Origin: an uncultured Rickettsiales bacterium
GTDB taxonomy: Bacteria > Myxococcota_A > UBA796 > UBA9615 > CAYRNR01
Length of the DNA stretch: 64,000 nt
Direction of reading: 5' to 3'
Assembly (NCBI GenBank): GCA_964436045.1
Contig: CAYTBN010000022.1
Location: 33,616-97,615 of the forward strand
Shown: piece by piece, positions 51,809 through 64,000 of the stretch
How the letters are laid out: the number at the start of each line of letters is the position of its first letter
Numbering within the stretch: position 1 is the first letter of the stretch
Position numbers and translations under genes: made by a program
The notes under the pieces: generated by a model
What the model saw: the letters and a program-made list of their open reading frames with translations, nothing else
What the model was told of the DNA's origin: nothing
Database searches by the model: none

Positions 51809-52174
51809 TCAGAACTCCAGACCGCCCTCACGGGCGGCATCGGCCAGGGCCTGGACGCGACCGTGGTAGAGGAAGCCGTTGCGGTCGAACACCACCTGCT
51901 TGATTCCCGCCTCGATCGCCCTGGACGCCACGGCCTGGCCAATGGTCTTGGCTGCGTCGACGTTGCCCTTGTGCCCCTCGATCTCCACGGCCTTCTCGAG
52001 GCTCGAGGCGGACGCGAGGGTCACACCGGACTCGTCGTCGATCAGCTGGGCGTACATGTGCTTCGTGCTGCGAAACACACACAGCCGCGGTCGTGCGGCC
52101 GTGCCGCGGACCGTCCGGCGGATGTGCTTCTTCCGGCGCTGACGAGCCAACGCTCTGGGGTTCGTCTTGGCCAT
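51809..52174 (-). CDS. rplR: 50S ribosomal protein L18
   Basis: RPRLCVFRS; [12 protein letters not shown]. Confidence 0.98.
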   Translation of the reverse strand: MAKTNPRALARQRRKKHIRRTVRGTAARPRLCVFRSTKHMYAQLIDDESGVTLASASSLEKAVEIEGHKGNVDAAKTIGQAVASRAIEAGIKQVVFDRNGFLYHGRVQALADAAREGGLEF

Positions 52175-52209
52175 CTCGTTCTCTCCTGCGAAGCGCGCAA
52201 AGGCGCGCC

Positions 52210-52237
52210 ATCCTAGCAAAAGTCCTTGTCAGGTCAA
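52210..52237 (-). promoter_or_regulatory. Putative internal sigma70 promoter upstream of rplR
   Basis: TTGACC-N16-TAGGAT with extended -10 TG, in the 76-bp rplF-rplR gap. Confidence 0.55.
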
Positions 52238-52250
52238 GTGACCGTCCGGA

Positions 52251-52793
52251 TCAGGCGACTCCCGCCTTGCCCGGCTTCAACTTGACGTACTCGTCGATGT
52301 ACCGCACGCCCTTGCCCTTGTAGGCGTCCGGCTTGCGGAATCCGCGAATCACGGCGGCCACGTGGCCCACCAGCTCCCGGTCGATCCCGTTGATCGTGAC
52401 CTGGGCGCCGCGGGGGCCGACCTCGATGTCCACGCCATCGGGGATCGGGTAGATCACCGGGTGGCTGTACCCGAGCCGCAGATGCAGCTCCTTGCCAACC
52501 AGCTCGGCCGCGTACCCGATACCCTGGATGCTCAGCTGCTTGGACCACCCGGCGTGGACGCCTGTGACCATGTTCTGCAGCAGCGCCCGGCAGAGTCCGT
52601 GGTTGGAACGGGCCCGTTTGGTGTCGTTGGCCCGGCTGACCCGCAGGCAACCGCCCTGCTCGGCCACCTGGACCTGGGCGGGCACGGGCCGCTGCAGGGA
52701 ACCCTTGGGTCCCTTGACGCCCATGGTCCCGGCCGTGTGCTGGTACGAGACCCCCTTGGGGAGCTCGATCGGCTTGCTACCGACGCGCGACAT
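52251..52793 (-). CDS. rplF: 50S ribosomal protein L6
   Basis: MSRVG; [11 protein letters not shown]. Confidence 0.98.
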   Translation of the reverse strand: MSRVGSKPIELPKGVSYQHTAGTMGVKGPKGSLQRPVPAQVQVAEQGGCLRVSRANDTKRARSNHGLCRALLQNMVTGVHAGWSKQLSIQGIGYAAELVGKELHLRLGYSHPVIYPIPDGVDIEVGPRGAQVTINGIDRELVGHVAAVIRGFRKPDAYKGKGVRYIDEYVKLKPGKAGVA

Positions 52794-52802
52794 GGCTTCC
52801 TC

Positions 52803-53201
52803 CTACCAGACCCGGCAAAGGACCTCGCCGCCCACTCCGGCGCGACGAGCCTGGGCGTCGGTCATCACGCCCCTGCTGGTGGAGATGATGGCCACGCCCA
52901 GTCCATTGAGGACCTTGGGAAGGTCATCGCGTCCGCGGTACACCCGGCGGCCCGGGCGGCTGATGCGCTCGATGCCGAGGATGATCGCGTTGCGGTCCCC
53001 GTCGTACCGGAGCTTGAGCTGCAGGTTGCCCTGCGGCCCTTCCCTCCGGACGTCGAAGTCCTGGATGAACCCCTCGGTCTTGAGGATCTGCGCGATGTCC
53101 GCTTTGAGCCGAGACGAAGGAATGTTGACGTCCGAATGCCCCGCCTGTAGTGCGTTGCGAATCCGGGTCAGCATGTCCGCGATGGGATCGGTCATGCTCA
53201 T
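52803..53201 (-). CDS. rpsH: 30S ribosomal protein S8
   Basis: [13 protein letters not shown]; SRPGRRVY. Confidence 0.99.
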   Translation of the reverse strand: MSMTDPIADMLTRIRNALQAGHSDVNIPSSRLKADIAQILKTEGFIQDFDVRREGPQGNLQLKLRYDGDRNAIILGIERISRPGRRVYRGRDDLPKVLNGLGVAIISTSRGVMTDAQARRAGVGGEVLCRVW

Positions 53202-53210
53202 GACACCCTC

Positions 53211-53396
53211 CTACCAGCTGCTCTTGATCACGCCAGGAATCTGACCCTCGAGGGCTAGAGACCTGAAGCAGATCCGGCACATGTCGAACTTGCGCATGTA
53301 GGCCCGGGGCCGACCGCACAGCGGACAGCGGTTGTACGCCCTGACCTTGAACTTGGCGGGGCGCTTGGCCTTCACTCGCAGAGAAGTCTTCGCCAT
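53211..53396 (-). CDS. rpsN: 30S ribosomal protein S14 type Z
   Basis: 61 aa; RCPLCGRPR...CRIC. Confidence 0.97.
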   Translation of the reverse strand: MAKTSLRVKAKRPAKFKVRAYNRCPLCGRPRAYMRKFDMCRICFRSLALEGQIPGVIKSSW

Positions 53397-53409
53397 CTCC
53401 CGATTCTCC

Positions 53410-53949
53410 TCAGTTCGCGAACGGCATCCCAAGATGCTTCAGCAGCGACTTGGCTTCCGGATCGGAATTCGCGGTGGTGACGATGGTGATGTTCATCCCG
53501 GTGATACGAGCGACCTTGTCGTAGTCGATCTCCGGGAAAACGATCTGCTCTTGGATCCCCATCGAGAAGTTCCCACGGCCGTCAAAAGACTTGCCGTTGA
53601 GTCCGCGGAAGTCGCGGACACGCGGGATAGCGATGGTGATCAATCGGTCCAGGAACTCGTACATACGCTGGCGACGCAGGGTGACCATCGTGCCGATGGG
53701 CATCCCCTCGCGCAGCTTGAAGTTTGCGATGCTGCGGCGGGCGCGACGGATGATCGCCTTCTGGCCGGTGACCTGGGCGATCTCGGACGCTGCGGTCTCG
53801 AGCACCTTGATGTCGCGGATACCGTCCTTGAGCGAGGTGTTCACGACGATCTTGGTGACCTTGGGCACCTGCATCACGTTGTCGTAGCCGAACTCCTGCA
53901 TCAGGGTCGGGACGACATCCTTGCGGTACATATCTTTGAGCCGTGGCAT
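53410..53949 (-). CDS. rplE: 50S ribosomal protein L5
   Basis: [10 protein letters not shown]; PRVRDFRG. Confidence 0.99.
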   Translation of the reverse strand: MPRLKDMYRKDVVPTLMQEFGYDNVMQVPKVTKIVVNTSLKDGIRDIKVLETAASEIAQVTGQKAIIRRARRSIANFKLREGMPIGTMVTLRRQRMYEFLDRLITIAIPRVRDFRGLNGKSFDGRGNFSMGIQEQIVFPEIDYDKVARITGMNITIVTTANSDPEAKSLLKHLGMPFAN

Positions 53950-54011
53950 GTCAGCCTCCGCGGGTGACCGGCGCCGTGCTTTCACCTGGCGTCCGTCGGG
54001 TCCCCGCCTCC

Positions 54012-54335
54012 TCAGTCGATCCGCTCGCCGGTCTTGACGGCGATCCGGGTTTTCGCGCGGCCTTCGCCTTCGAAGCGGACGCGCGTCGCCACTTGGTCTT
54101 TGCCCACCACCAGCTGAACGTTGCTGATGTGGATGGGCGCTTCTTTCTCGATGATCCCGCCCTGCCGGAACTGGGCGTTGGGCCGCTGGTGCCGCTTGAC
54201 CATGTTGACGTGCTCGATCAGCACCCGGTTCTGCTTGTGCAGCACCCGCAGGACCTTGCCGACCTGGTCCTTGTGGGCGCCGGAGATCACGCGGACCGTA
54301 TCGTCGCGCTTCAGGTACGTCTTGTGGCCCTTCAT
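54012..54335 (-). CDS. rplX: 50S ribosomal protein L24
   Basis: [15 protein letters not shown]. Confidence 0.97.
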   Translation of the reverse strand: MKGHKTYLKRDDTVRVISGAHKDQVGKVLRVLHKQNRVLIEHVNMVKRHQRPNAQFRQGGIIEKEAPIHISNVQLVVGKDQVATRVRFEGEGRAKTRIAVKTGERID

Positions 54336-54703
54336 CAGAGCACCTCCGGCGCCAGCGAGATGATCTTCATGAACCGCTTCTGGCGCAGCTCCCGGGCCAC
54401 GGGCCCGAAGATGCGAGTCCCGATGGGCTCCTTGTCGGCCTTGATCAGCACAGCGGAGTTGTCATCGAAGCGGATGTAGGTGCCGTCGGGGCGCCGGATC
54501 TCCTTGGCCGTCCGAACGACCACAGCTTCCATCACCGTGCCCTTCTTGACCTTGGAGTTGGGGATCGCCTCCTTGACGGAGACCTTCACGATGTCGCCGA
54601 CGCGCGCATACCTGCGCTTGGAACCGCCCAGCACCTTGATGCACTGCACCCTCTTGGCACCGCTATTGTCGGCGACGTCCAGTATCGTCTGCATCTGAAT
54701 CAT
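54335..54703 (-). CDS. rplN: 50S ribosomal protein L14
   Basis: VADNSGAK; [12 protein letters not shown]. Confidence 0.99.
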   Translation of the reverse strand: MIQMQTILDVADNSGAKRVQCIKVLGGSKRRYARVGDIVKVSVKEAIPNSKVKKGTVMEAVVVRTAKEIRRPDGTYIRFDDNSAVLIKADKEPIGTRIFGPVARELRQKRFMKIISLAPEVL

Positions 54704-54740
54704 GGCGCGTTCTCCAGGCTGTTCTCGCCGCGAGCGACGA

Positions 54741-55007
54741 TCAGCCCTGTCCCACCTCGATCTGCCGATTGACCGCCCACCGCTTACGCTTGCTCAGCGG
54801 CCGGCTCTCGATGATCTCCACCCGGTCTCCCACCGAACACCGGTTCTCCGGATCGTGGGCCATGTAGCGCGTGGTGGAGGTCACGTACTTCTTGTAGCGT
54901 CGGTGGAGCGTCTTGCGGTTGACCTTGACCACGACGGTCTTGTCACCGCTGTCGCTGACGACGATTCCGACGAACGTGCGTCGGTTACCCTGGACCTTGT
55001 CAGCCAT
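54741..55007 (-). CDS. rpsQ: 30S ribosomal protein S17
   Basis: GIVVSD...[11 protein letters not shown]. Confidence 0.97.
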   Translation of the reverse strand: MADKVQGNRRTFVGIVVSDSGDKTVVVKVNRKTLHRRYKKYVTSTTRYMAHDPENRCSVGDRVEIIESRPLSKRKRWAVNRQIEVGQG

Positions 55008-55024
55008 CGCTGCCTCGCTCCCGC

Positions 55025-55327
55025 TCACGCCTTCATTCCGAAGCGCTCGCGGATCTTGCTGTAGCCCTTGCCGGTCTCGTCTTTCAGCGAACCGACCTGC
55101 GTCTCGAGGCCGCCCTGTTGCAGCTTGCCCTCGATCTCGCGCTGCCGGATCAGAGTCTTGATCCGGGCCAGGTCACGCCGCAGCTGCGGCATCTTCGCCG
55201 TGTTGTCCAGCTGGCCCGTGGCCCGCTGGAACTTGAATGCCACCAACTCCTGAACGATGTCGTGACGGCGGAGCAGAAGCTCGCGGTCATCGAGCTCGCG
55301 GAGCTCAACCAACCCGGCGTTGGCCAT
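55025..55327 (-). CDS. rpmC: 50S ribosomal protein L29 with C-terminal extension
   Basis: FQRATGQLDN...RRDLARIKT; located between rplP and rpsQ. Confidence 0.93.
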   Translation of the reverse strand: MANAGLVELRELDDRELLLRRHDIVQELVAFKFQRATGQLDNTAKMPQLRRDLARIKTLIRQREIEGKLQQGGLETQVGSLKDETGKGYSKIRERFGMKA

Positions 55328-55330
55328 CGC

Positions 55331-55741
55331 TCAGTCCTCCCTGACCACGACGCGCGTGGCGATGGACAGCTTGTGGGAAGCCAGCCGCAGGGCCTCCCTG
55401 GCGACCTCTTCGGACACACCCTCCATCTCGTAGAGGATGCGACCGGGCTTCACAGGAGCGACCCACACCTCGGGGGCGCCCTTGCCCTTGCCCATGCGGG
55501 TCTCGGCGGGCTTCTTGCTCAGCGGCTTGTCCGGGAAGATCCGGATCCAGACCTTGCCGCCGCGCTTCACCGAACGGGTGATCGCGACTCGGGCGGCCTC
55601 GATCTGGCGGGCCGTGATCCAGCCCGGTTCGACGGCCTGCAGGCCGAACTCGCCAAAGTCCACGTTACAACCGCGGCGGGCGAGGCCCTTGAGCCGGCCC
55701 TTCTGCCGCTTGCGGTACTTGACCTTCTTCGGGGCTAGCAT
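55331..55741 (-). CDS. rplP: 50S ribosomal protein L16
   Basis: RQIEAAR; RMGKGKG. Confidence 0.99.
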   Translation of the reverse strand: MLAPKKVKYRKRQKGRLKGLARRGCNVDFGEFGLQAVEPGWITARQIEAARVAITRSVKRGGKVWIRIFPDKPLSKKPAETRMGKGKGAPEVWVAPVKPGRILYEMEGVSEEVAREALRLASHKLSIATRVVVRED

Positions 55742-55745
55742 GGCT

Positions 55746-56390
55746 CTAGCGCTCCTCTTCCTCGCCCTGGAGGATCTCGCCCTTGAAGATCCAGACCTTG
55801 ACGCCGATGATCCCGTAGGTGGTCCTGGCGACGGCCTGTCCGTAGTCGATGTCGGCGCGGATCGTGTGCAGCGGCACGCGCCCCTCGCGGTAGAATTCCT
55901 TGCGGCTCATCTCGGCACCGCCGAGGCGGCCACCGCACATCACCTTCACGCCCTGGGCGCCGGCCCGCATCGTCGACTGCATGGCCTTCTTCATCGCCCG
56001 GCGGAAGTTGACCCGCTTGCACAGCTGGGCCGCGATGTTCTCGGCCACCAACGTGGAGTCCAGCTCCACCTTGCGGACCTCGATGATGTTGAGGAAGACC
56101 TCGGTGTCGGTGACCTTGCGCAGGTCGAGCTTCAGCTGCTCGAGGCCCGCACAACGTTTGCCGATGATCATGCCCGGGCGCGCGGCGTACACGTACACCT
56201 TGGCCTTGTTGGCCGCCCGCTCGATGATCACCTTGCTGATCTGGGCGCCGGACAGCCGGCTCTTGAGGAACTCGCGGATCCGCAGGTCCTCGTGCAGGAA
56301 CTCGCTGTATTTCTTCTCAGAGAACCAGCGCGAGTCCCACGTGCGGACCGTACCCAGGCGGAATCCGACGGGATGGACCTTCTGACCCAT
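55746..56390 (-). CDS. rpsC: 30S ribosomal protein S3
   Basis: [13 protein letters not shown]; [14 protein letters not shown]. Confidence 0.99.
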   Translation of the reverse strand: MGQKVHPVGFRLGTVRTWDSRWFSEKKYSEFLHEDLRIREFLKSRLSGAQISKVIIERAANKAKVYVYAARPGMIIGKRCAGLEQLKLDLRKVTDTEVFLNIIEVRKVELDSTLVAENIAAQLCKRVNFRRAMKKAMQSTMRAGAQGVKVMCGGRLGGAEMSRKEFYREGRVPLHTIRADIDYGQAVARTTYGIIGVKVWIFKGEILQGEEEER

Positions 56391-56394
56391 CGAT

Positions 56395-56733
56395 CTACTC
56401 CCTCTCGTCCAGCACCACGCGAATGTGGCTGGTGCGCTTGCGGATGCGGGTGGCGCGCCCGTGCGCCCTGGGGGTCCAGCGTCGCAGCGTGGCGCCGCCG
56501 TCCACCAGGATGGTCTTGATATAGAGACGGTCCTCGTCGATCGAGGACATCTTCTCCTTGGCGTTACTCACGGCCGACTCGATCAGACGACCCACGATCG
56601 GCGCTGACTTCTTGCGGGTGAACTTGAGCAGCTCGACCGCCTCGCTGACGTCTCTCCCACGAACCAGATCGGCCACCAGCCGAACTTTACGCGGGGAGAT
56701 GCGCGCGTGCCTCAACAGTGCCGAGGACTCCAT
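56395..56733 (-). CDS. rplV: 50S ribosomal protein L22
   Basis: [12 protein letters not shown]; PRAHGRA. Confidence 0.98.
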   Translation of the reverse strand: MESSALLRHARISPRKVRLVADLVRGRDVSEAVELLKFTRKKSAPIVGRLIESAVSNAKEKMSSIDEDRLYIKTILVDGGATLRRWTPRAHGRATRIRKRTSHIRVVLDERE

Positions 56734-56742
56734 GACTGCTCC

Positions 56743-57021
56743 CTACCCTCGCCGGCTCTTGCGATCCGCCGCGTGGCCGTAGAAGGTCCGCGTCGGCGCG
56801 AACTCGCCCAGGCGATGCCCGACCATGTTCTCGGTGACGTACATCGGGATGAACTTGCGGCCGTTGTGCACGGCAAAGGTCAAACCCACGAAATCGGGGG
56901 TGATGACCGACCGCCGCGACCAGGTCTTGATCACCTTGGGGCCCCGGCCCGCACGAACCGCATTGATCTTCTCGATCAGGTGGCGGTCAACGAACGGCCC
57001 CTTCTTGATGCTACGTGCCAC
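56743..57021 (-). CDS. rpsS: 30S ribosomal protein S19
   Basis: [10 protein letters not shown]; [11 protein letters not shown]. Confidence 0.99.
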   Translation of the reverse strand: MARSIKKGPFVDRHLIEKINAVRAGRGPKVIKTWSRRSVITPDFVGLTFAVHNGRKFIPMYVTENMVGHRLGEFAPTRTFYGHAADRKSRRG

Positions 57022-57056
57022 GTCGTGTTCCCTTCGCCTTCGACGTCCGGTCCGGC

Positions 57057-57884
57057 CTACTTGCGGCCGCGACGCTTGACGATGAACTTGTCGCTTCGCT
57101 TGTTCCTGCGGGTCTTCTTACCCTTGGTCGGGATGCCCCACGGGGTCACCGGGTGACGCCCGCCGGCGGTCCGCCCCTCACCACCCCCGTGGGGATGGTC
57201 GATGGGGTTCATCGCCGTACCGCGGACCTTGGGACGGCGTCCCAGCCACCGGCTCCGGCCCGCCTTGCCCAACGTGATGTTGCTGTGCTGGATGTTGGAC
57301 ACCTGGCCCACGGTGGCGTAGCACCGTTCCAGCACCTGCCGCAGCTCGCCCGACGGCAGCCGCAGCAAGACGTACTTGCCCTCCTTGGCCATCACCTGGG
57401 CCTGGGTCCCGGCCGAGCGCACCATCTGGGCGCCCTTGCCGACCTTCAGCTCCACGTTGAAGACCAGGGTCCCCAGGGGAATGCTCTTGAGCGGCAGGGC
57501 GTTGCCGACCCGGATGTCCGCATCGGGGCCCGAGACCACCTCGTCATCCACGCCGAGCCCGTGGGGGGCGATGATGTAGCGCTTCTCGCCGTCCTTGTAG
57601 ACCAGCAGGGCGATGAAGCCGCTCCGGTTCGGGTCGTACTCGATGGTGGCGACGCGGGCGGGCACGCCCAGCTTGTCGCGCTTGAAATCGATGACCCTGT
57701 AGCGGCGCTTGTGACCACCACCGCGCCTGCGCAGTGTGATCCGGCCGTGGTGGTTGCGACCCGAGATCCTCGTGAGCGGGCGCACCAGCTTCTTCTGGGG
57801 CTTCCCGACGGTGACGTCGGCGAAGTCGTTGCCGGACATGAACCGGCGGCCCGGGCTGGTGGGCTTGAATCGCTTGATACCCAT
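57057..57884 (-). CDS. rplB: 50S ribosomal protein L2
   Basis: IEYDPNRS; [13 protein letters not shown]. Confidence 0.99.
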   Translation of the reverse strand: MGIKRFKPTSPGRRFMSGNDFADVTVGKPQKKLVRPLTRISGRNHHGRITLRRRGGGHKRRYRVIDFKRDKLGVPARVATIEYDPNRSGFIALLVYKDGEKRYIIAPHGLGVDDEVVSGPDADIRVGNALPLKSIPLGTLVFNVELKVGKGAQMVRSAGTQAQVMAKEGKYVLLRLPSGELRQVLERCYATVGQVSNIQHSNITLGKAGRSRWLGRRPKVRGTAMNPIDHPHGGGEGRTAGGRHPVTPWGIPTKGKKTRRNKRSDKFIVKRRGRK

Positions 57885-57904
57885 CGCTCTTTCGCCCCGT
57901 CTTG

Positions 57905-58192
57905 CTAGACGTTCTCGTACAGGTTGATGGCGTTACCTTCGGCCAAGGTCACGTACGCCTTCTTCCAGTTCTTGCGCTTGCCGAAGAAGCGGCCGAACCG
58001 CTTGACCTTGCCCCGCACCCGCGCCGTGCGCACGCCCAGGACCTCGACACCGAACAGGTCTTCGATGGCGGACTTGATCTCGATCTTGGAGGACCGCTCA
58101 CCGACCCGGAACGCGTATATGTTCTCGTCCTGCTGCAGCGCGGACTTCTCGGTGACCAGGGGCCCGAGGATGACGTCGTAGACCTCGCTCAT
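57905..58192 (-). CDS. rplW: 50S ribosomal protein L23
   Basis: PLVTEKS; WKKAYVTL. Confidence 0.98.
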   Translation of the reverse strand: MSEVYDVILGPLVTEKSALQQDENIYAFRVGERSSKIEIKSAIEDLFGVEVLGVRTARVRGKVKRFGRFFGKRKNWKKAYVTLAEGNAINLYENV

Positions 58193-58809
58193 GACAGCCG
58201 CTCCTTGACCGCCTCGGCCGCCGGCACCGTCAGGATCAGGTGCTCGTGCCGCAGTACGTCGTGGACGTTGAGTCCCTCGCTGCGCAGCACGGTCACCTTC
58301 GGGATGTTGCGAGCCGACAGCTGGACGTTCTCGTCGTCCGAGTGGAGCACCACCAGCGCGGACTCGACCTCGAAACGATCGAGGAAGGCCGCGAAATCGC
58401 GCGTCTTGATGGCCGCCAGCGTCAGTTGGTCGACCAGGACGAGTTTCTCCCCGCTGGTGCGGCGGGTCAGCGCCGACTTCAGCGCGTTGCGCTTGACCTT
58501 CTTGTTGAGCTTGAACGTGTAGTCCCGCGGGTGGGGACCGAAGACCACACCGCCGCCGCGGAACTGGGGCGCCCGGCGGGTACCCTGACGGGCGCGGCCA
58601 GTGCCCTTCTGGCGATAGGGCTTGGCGCCACCGCCGGAGACGTCCGAGCGCTCGCGAGTACTGGCCGTTCCCGAGCGGGCCTTGGCTTGCTGGAACCTCA
58701 CCACCTCGTGAAGCAGGTGGTCGTACTTGGTCTCGGCGAAGATATCGTCCGGCAGGTCGATCTCGCCGACCTGCTGGCGTTTCATGTCGTACACGGCGAC
58801 GTTCGGCAT
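58189..58809 (-). CDS. rplD: 50S ribosomal protein L4
   Basis: [14 protein letters not shown]; GGGVVFGP. Confidence 0.99.
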   Translation of the reverse strand: MPNVAVYDMKRQQVGEIDLPDDIFAETKYDHLLHEVVRFQQAKARSGTASTRERSDVSGGGAKPYRQKGTGRARQGTRRAPQFRGGGVVFGPHPRDYTFKLNKKVKRNALKSALTRRTSGEKLVLVDQLTLAAIKTRDFAAFLDRFEVESALVVLHSDDENVQLSARNIPKVTVLRSEGLNVHDVLRHEHLILTVPAAEAVKERLS

Positions 58810-58837
58810 CGTTCCGCTCTCCGTCCGCTCGCGCTGC

Positions 58838-59149
58838 TCAGTTGAGCTTGATCTCGACGTCGACCCCGGCCGCGAGGTCGAGCTTCATCAGCGCGTCCAC
58901 CGTGGCCTGGGTCGGCTGCAGGATGTCCAGCAGCCGGTTGTGCGTCCGGATCTCGAACTGCTCGCGGCTCTTCTTGTCCACGTGGGGCGAACGCAGGACG
59001 CAGTACTTGTTGATCTTCGTCGGCAGCGGGATCGGACCCCGCACCACGGCGCCGGTACGCTTGGCCGTCTCCAGGATCTCCCGGGCGGACTTGTCCAGCA
59101 GCTTGTGGTCGTAGGCCTTCAGGCGAATCCGGATCTTCTGCTTGGCCAT
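58838..59149 (-). CDS. rpsJ: 30S ribosomal protein S10
   Basis: [10 protein letters not shown]; [14 protein letters not shown]. Confidence 0.99.
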   Translation of the reverse strand: MAKQKIRIRLKAYDHKLLDKSAREILETAKRTGAVVRGPIPLPTKINKYCVLRSPHVDKKSREQFEIRTHNRLLDILQPTQATVDALMKLDLAAGVDVEIKLN

Positions 59150-59237
59150 CGTTCTTGCTTCCCGATATCTGCGGCTGACGTTTTCGGCCAGCCAACGTTC
59201 CCGGCCCAACCGGGGGATCCCACGAAAAAGCCGGGGC

Positions 59238-59266
59238 TATATAGCAATTCGCGCCACGCCACTCAA
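59238..59266 (-). promoter_or_regulatory. Putative sigma70 promoter of the S10 operon
   Basis: TTGAGT-N17-TATATA with extended -10 TG. Confidence 0.6.
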
Positions 59267-59340
59267 GCGAAAACGCCATTTTTCTCCTGATCTCCGTCGT
59301 TTTCGGCCAATTCGGCCCGAAGGAGACCTTTTCCGGCGCC

Positions 59341-61419
59341 TCAGTAGCCCCGGATCTTCTTGACCACTCCGTCGACGATGTTCGCTGGCACCACCTCGAG
59401 GTGGTCGTATTGCATGCTGTACGTCGCCCTGCCCTGGGTGGCCGAGCGGAGTTCCGTGGCGTAGCCAAACATGGCCGCCAGCGGCACCTCCGCCGTCACC
59501 ACCTGGGCTCCCCCGCGCATCTCCATGGTCGCGACCTTGCCCCGCCGCCCGTTCAGGTCGTTGATCACCGCGCCCAGGTATTCCTCGGGCATGGTGACCT
59601 CCAGGGCCATGATCGGCTCCAGCAACACGGGCGAGGCCTTGAGGATCGCGTCGCTGAACGCCATCGACGCGGCGACCTTGAAGGACATCTCCGACGAATC
59701 CACCTCGTGCCAGCTGCCGCCCAGCAGCCGAACACCCACGTCGACCATTGGGAAGTCGGCCAGCGCCCCGCGCTCGGTGGATTCCTCCACCCCCTCGCGG
59801 ACGGCGGGCACGAACTCCTGGGGGATGTCCCCGGGGTCGGACCGATCCTCGAAGTCGAAACCCGCCCCGCGTTCGAGGGGCGCAACCTCGAGCTCTACCC
59901 GGGCGTATTGCCCACGCCCGCCGATCTCGCGTTCGAACACGCACTCGGCGCGGCCCACGCCCCCCACGGACTCCCGGTAGGCCACCTGGGGCTTACCCAC
60001 CGCGGCCTCCACGCGGAACTCCCGCAGCAGGCGGGTGACGATGATCTCCAGGTGGAGCTCGCCCATCCCCGAGATCAGCGTCTGGCCGGTCTCGGGATCC
60101 TTGCGAACGCGGAAGGACGGATCCTCGACCGCGATGGTCTGCAGGGCAGCACCCAGCTTCTCCTGGTCCGCCTGGGTACGCGGTTCGATGGTGATCGCGA
60201 TCACCGAGTCCGGGAACTCCATCGATTCGAGCACCACCGGCTGTCGCTTGTCGCACAGCGTGTCACCGGTGACCGTGCCCTTGAGCCCCACGGCGGCCAC
60301 GATGTCGCCCGCGCGGATGACCTTGACGTCCTCGCGCTTGTTGGCGTGCATCCGCAGCAGGCGCCCCAGGCGCTCCCGCTTGCGCGACGTGGAGTTGAAC
60401 ACCTGGGCACCACTCTCCAGCGAGCCCGAGTACACCCGCAGGTAGGTCAGATTGCCCACGTACGAGTCGTGCATGATCTTGAAGGCCAGCGCGGAGAAGG
60501 GCGCCCTGGGATCGGGGGGCCGGTCCAGCGCCTTCTCCTTGTCGGACGGGTCGAACCCGACGATGGGAGGCACGTCCAGGGGGCTGGGCATGTAGTCGAT
60601 GACCGCGTCGAGCAGGGGCTGGATCCCCTTGTTGCGGAACGCCGATCCGCAGAAGCAGGGAACGAATCGCATCGAGACGCAGCCGACCCGCGCCGCCTGT
60701 CGCAGCTCCTCCTCCGGGATGTCCTCGCCGTCGAGGTAGCGCTCGGCCAGGTCGTCGTCGTCCTCGACGATGGCCTCCACCAGGATCTCGCGGCGCTCCT
60801 CGGCCTCGGCCTGCAACTCGGCAGGGATCGGCTCCTCCCGGTAGCGGGCGCCGAGGGTCGAGTCGTCGTAGACCACCGCCTTCATGCCCAGCAGGTCGAT
60901 CACGCCGTTGTGTTCGGCTTCCGCCCCCAGCGGCAGCTGGAAGGCCACCGGGCGGGCGCCGAGCTTGTCGGAGATCTGCTCGAGCACCGCGGCGAAGTCC
61001 GCGCCGACGCGGTCCATCTTGTTGACGAACGCGATCCGCGGCACGCGGTACTTGTCCGCCTGGCGCCAGACCGTCTCCGACTGGGGCTCCACCCCCTCGA
61101 CCGCCGAGAAGATGGCCACAGCGCCGTCGAGCACCCGCAGGGAGCGCTCCACCTCGATGGTGAAGTCCACGTGCCCCGGCGTATCGATGATGTTGATCTG
61201 GTGATCCCGCCAGACGCAGGTAGTCGCCGCCGAGGTGATGGTGATCCCCCGCTCCTGCTCCTGGTCCATCCAGTCCATGACGGCGGTGCCCTCGTGGACC
61301 TCGCCCATCTTGTGGGAGACACCGGTGTAGAAGAGGATGCGTTCGGTGGCGGTGGTCTTGCCCGCGTCGATGTGGGCCATGATGCCGATGTTGCGGAGGC
61401 GGGTCAGCGGCGTGGACAT
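59341..61419 (-). CDS. fusA: Elongation factor G
   Basis: [34 protein letters not shown]. Confidence 0.99.
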   Translation of the reverse strand: MSTPLTRLRNIGIMAHIDAGKTTATERILFYTGVSHKMGEVHEGTAVMDWMDQEQERGITITSAATTCVWRDHQINIIDTPGHVDFTIEVERSLRVLDGAVAIFSAVEGVEPQSETVWRQADKYRVPRIAFVNKMDRVGADFAAVLEQISDKLGARPVAFQLPLGAEAEHNGVIDLLGMKAVVYDDSTLGARYREEPIPAELQAEAEERREILVEAIVEDDDDLAERYLDGEDIPEEELRQAARVGCVSMRFVPCFCGSAFRNKGIQPLLDAVIDYMPSPLDVPPIVGFDPSDKEKALDRPPDPRAPFSALAFKIMHDSYVGNLTYLRVYSGSLESGAQVFNSTSRKRERLGRLLRMHANKREDVKVIRAGDIVAAVGLKGTVTGDTLCDKRQPVVLESMEFPDSVIAITIEPRTQADQEKLGAALQTIAVEDPSFRVRKDPETGQTLISGMGELHLEIIVTRLLREFRVEAAVGKPQVAYRESVGGVGRAECVFEREIGGRGQYARVELEVAPLERGAGFDFEDRSDPGDIPQEFVPAVREGVEESTERGALADFPMVDVGVRLLGGSWHEVDSSEMSFKVAASMAFSDAILKASPVLLEPIMALEVTMPEEYLGAVINDLNGRRGKVATMEMRGGAQVVTAEVPLAAMFGYATELRSATQGRATYSMQYDHLEVVPANIVDGVVKKIRGY

Positions 61420-61583
61420 GGGCTATCTCCGCTCTGCCTCATCGGCGCCCGTGGGGAGTCGTTCCCGGACGGTATGCTCAGGTTGCCGTCTTTGCCGTCA
61501 CGAGCGGGGTCAGCCGACCTGTCGTCCGATACCCCGGCGCTCGGCGCGTTCTGCTCCTGGTTCGTGTCCCGGTGGAGGGATGC

Positions 61584-62054
61584 TTACCAGCGGTAGTGGG
61601 CGAAGGCCTTGTTGGCCTCGGCCATCTTGTGGACGTCTTCCTTCTTCTTGACCGTCTCGCCACGGCCCATCGAGGCCTCCATCAGCTCGGCGGCCAGCTT
61701 GTCCTGCATCGAGCGGCCATTGCGCTTGCGTGCGAAGTTGCGCAGCCAGCGCATGGCCAGCGCCATCCGGCGCTCGCCCCGGATCTCGACCGGGACCTGG
61801 TACGTGGAACCGCCCACCCGGCGAGACTTGACCTCGACCTGGGGCTGGGCGTTCTCCAGTGCTTTCTTGAAGACCTTCAGTGGATCGTCGCGGGTCTTGT
61901 CGTGGATCACGTCGAACGCGTTGTACACGATGCGCTCGGCCGTGGACTTCTTGCCACCGAACATCAGATTGTTGATGAACTTGGCGACCAGCACGTCGTT
62001 GTACTTCGGGTCCGGGAGAATCATTCGCTTGGGTACTTCACGTCGGCGAGGCAT
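61584..62054 (-). CDS. rpsG: 30S ribosomal protein S7
   Basis: [12 protein letters not shown]; [13 protein letters not shown]. Confidence 0.99.
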   Translation of the reverse strand: MPRRREVPKRMILPDPKYNDVLVAKFINNLMFGGKKSTAERIVYNAFDVIHDKTRDDPLKVFKKALENAQPQVEVKSRRVGGSTYQVPVEIRGERRMALAMRWLRNFARKRNGRSMQDKLAAELMEASMGRGETVKKKEDVHKMAEANKAFAHYRW

Positions 62055-62063
62055 CGCTGACTC

Positions 62064-62435
<372 letters not shown>

Positions 62436-62467
62436 TCGCCTATCCTCTATCTAGTGAACGGGTGCGG

Positions 62468-62496
62468 AAGGTACTGTTGCCGCACCGGTGTGTCAA
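62468..62496 (-). promoter_or_regulatory. Sigma70 promoter of the str operon
   Basis: TTGACA-N17-TACCTT. Confidence 0.7.
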
Positions 62497-62519
62497 GGTG
62501 AATTCGCTGTAGGTCGCCG

Positions 62520-64000
<1,481 letters not shown>

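Noticed and set aside
61420-61583. ncRNA or tRNA in the 164-bp rpsG-fusA gap
   Set aside because: No recognisable tRNA or riboswitch motif by eye; a covariance search would be needed

Overview
High-GC bacterial chromosome segment. The gene content (GltC-like protein, myxobacterial-type outer-membrane barrel, MIDAS/VWA lipoprotein, several Hsp70s, sigma54 pilin locus) points to Myxococcota or a related deltaproteobacterial lineage; this is inference. 1-45.4 kb holds: a type IV minor-pilin operon (fimT-pilV-pilW-pilX) with a near-consensus sigma54 promoter and an upstream PilR/NtrC-type regulator; glycosyltransferases and an SGNH hydrolase; an operon of apparently degenerate arylsulfotransferase, sulfatase and FGE-fold proteins plus an alpha/beta hydrolase; serA-serC; a compact gliding/adhesion-like cluster (bactofilin-like gene, CglB-like lipoprotein, GltA/B-like barrel, GltC); grpE-dnaK-dnaJ-lpoA-iolM; a second, lidless Hsp70; and several housekeeping enzymes. 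45.4-64 kb is the ribosomal superoperon on the minus strand (3' end of rpoC through rplQ), which lacks tuf, rplC, map and infA at their usual positions. I saw no rRNA, tRNA, CRISPR array or mobile element. All calls come from motif recognition by eye; no database search was run.
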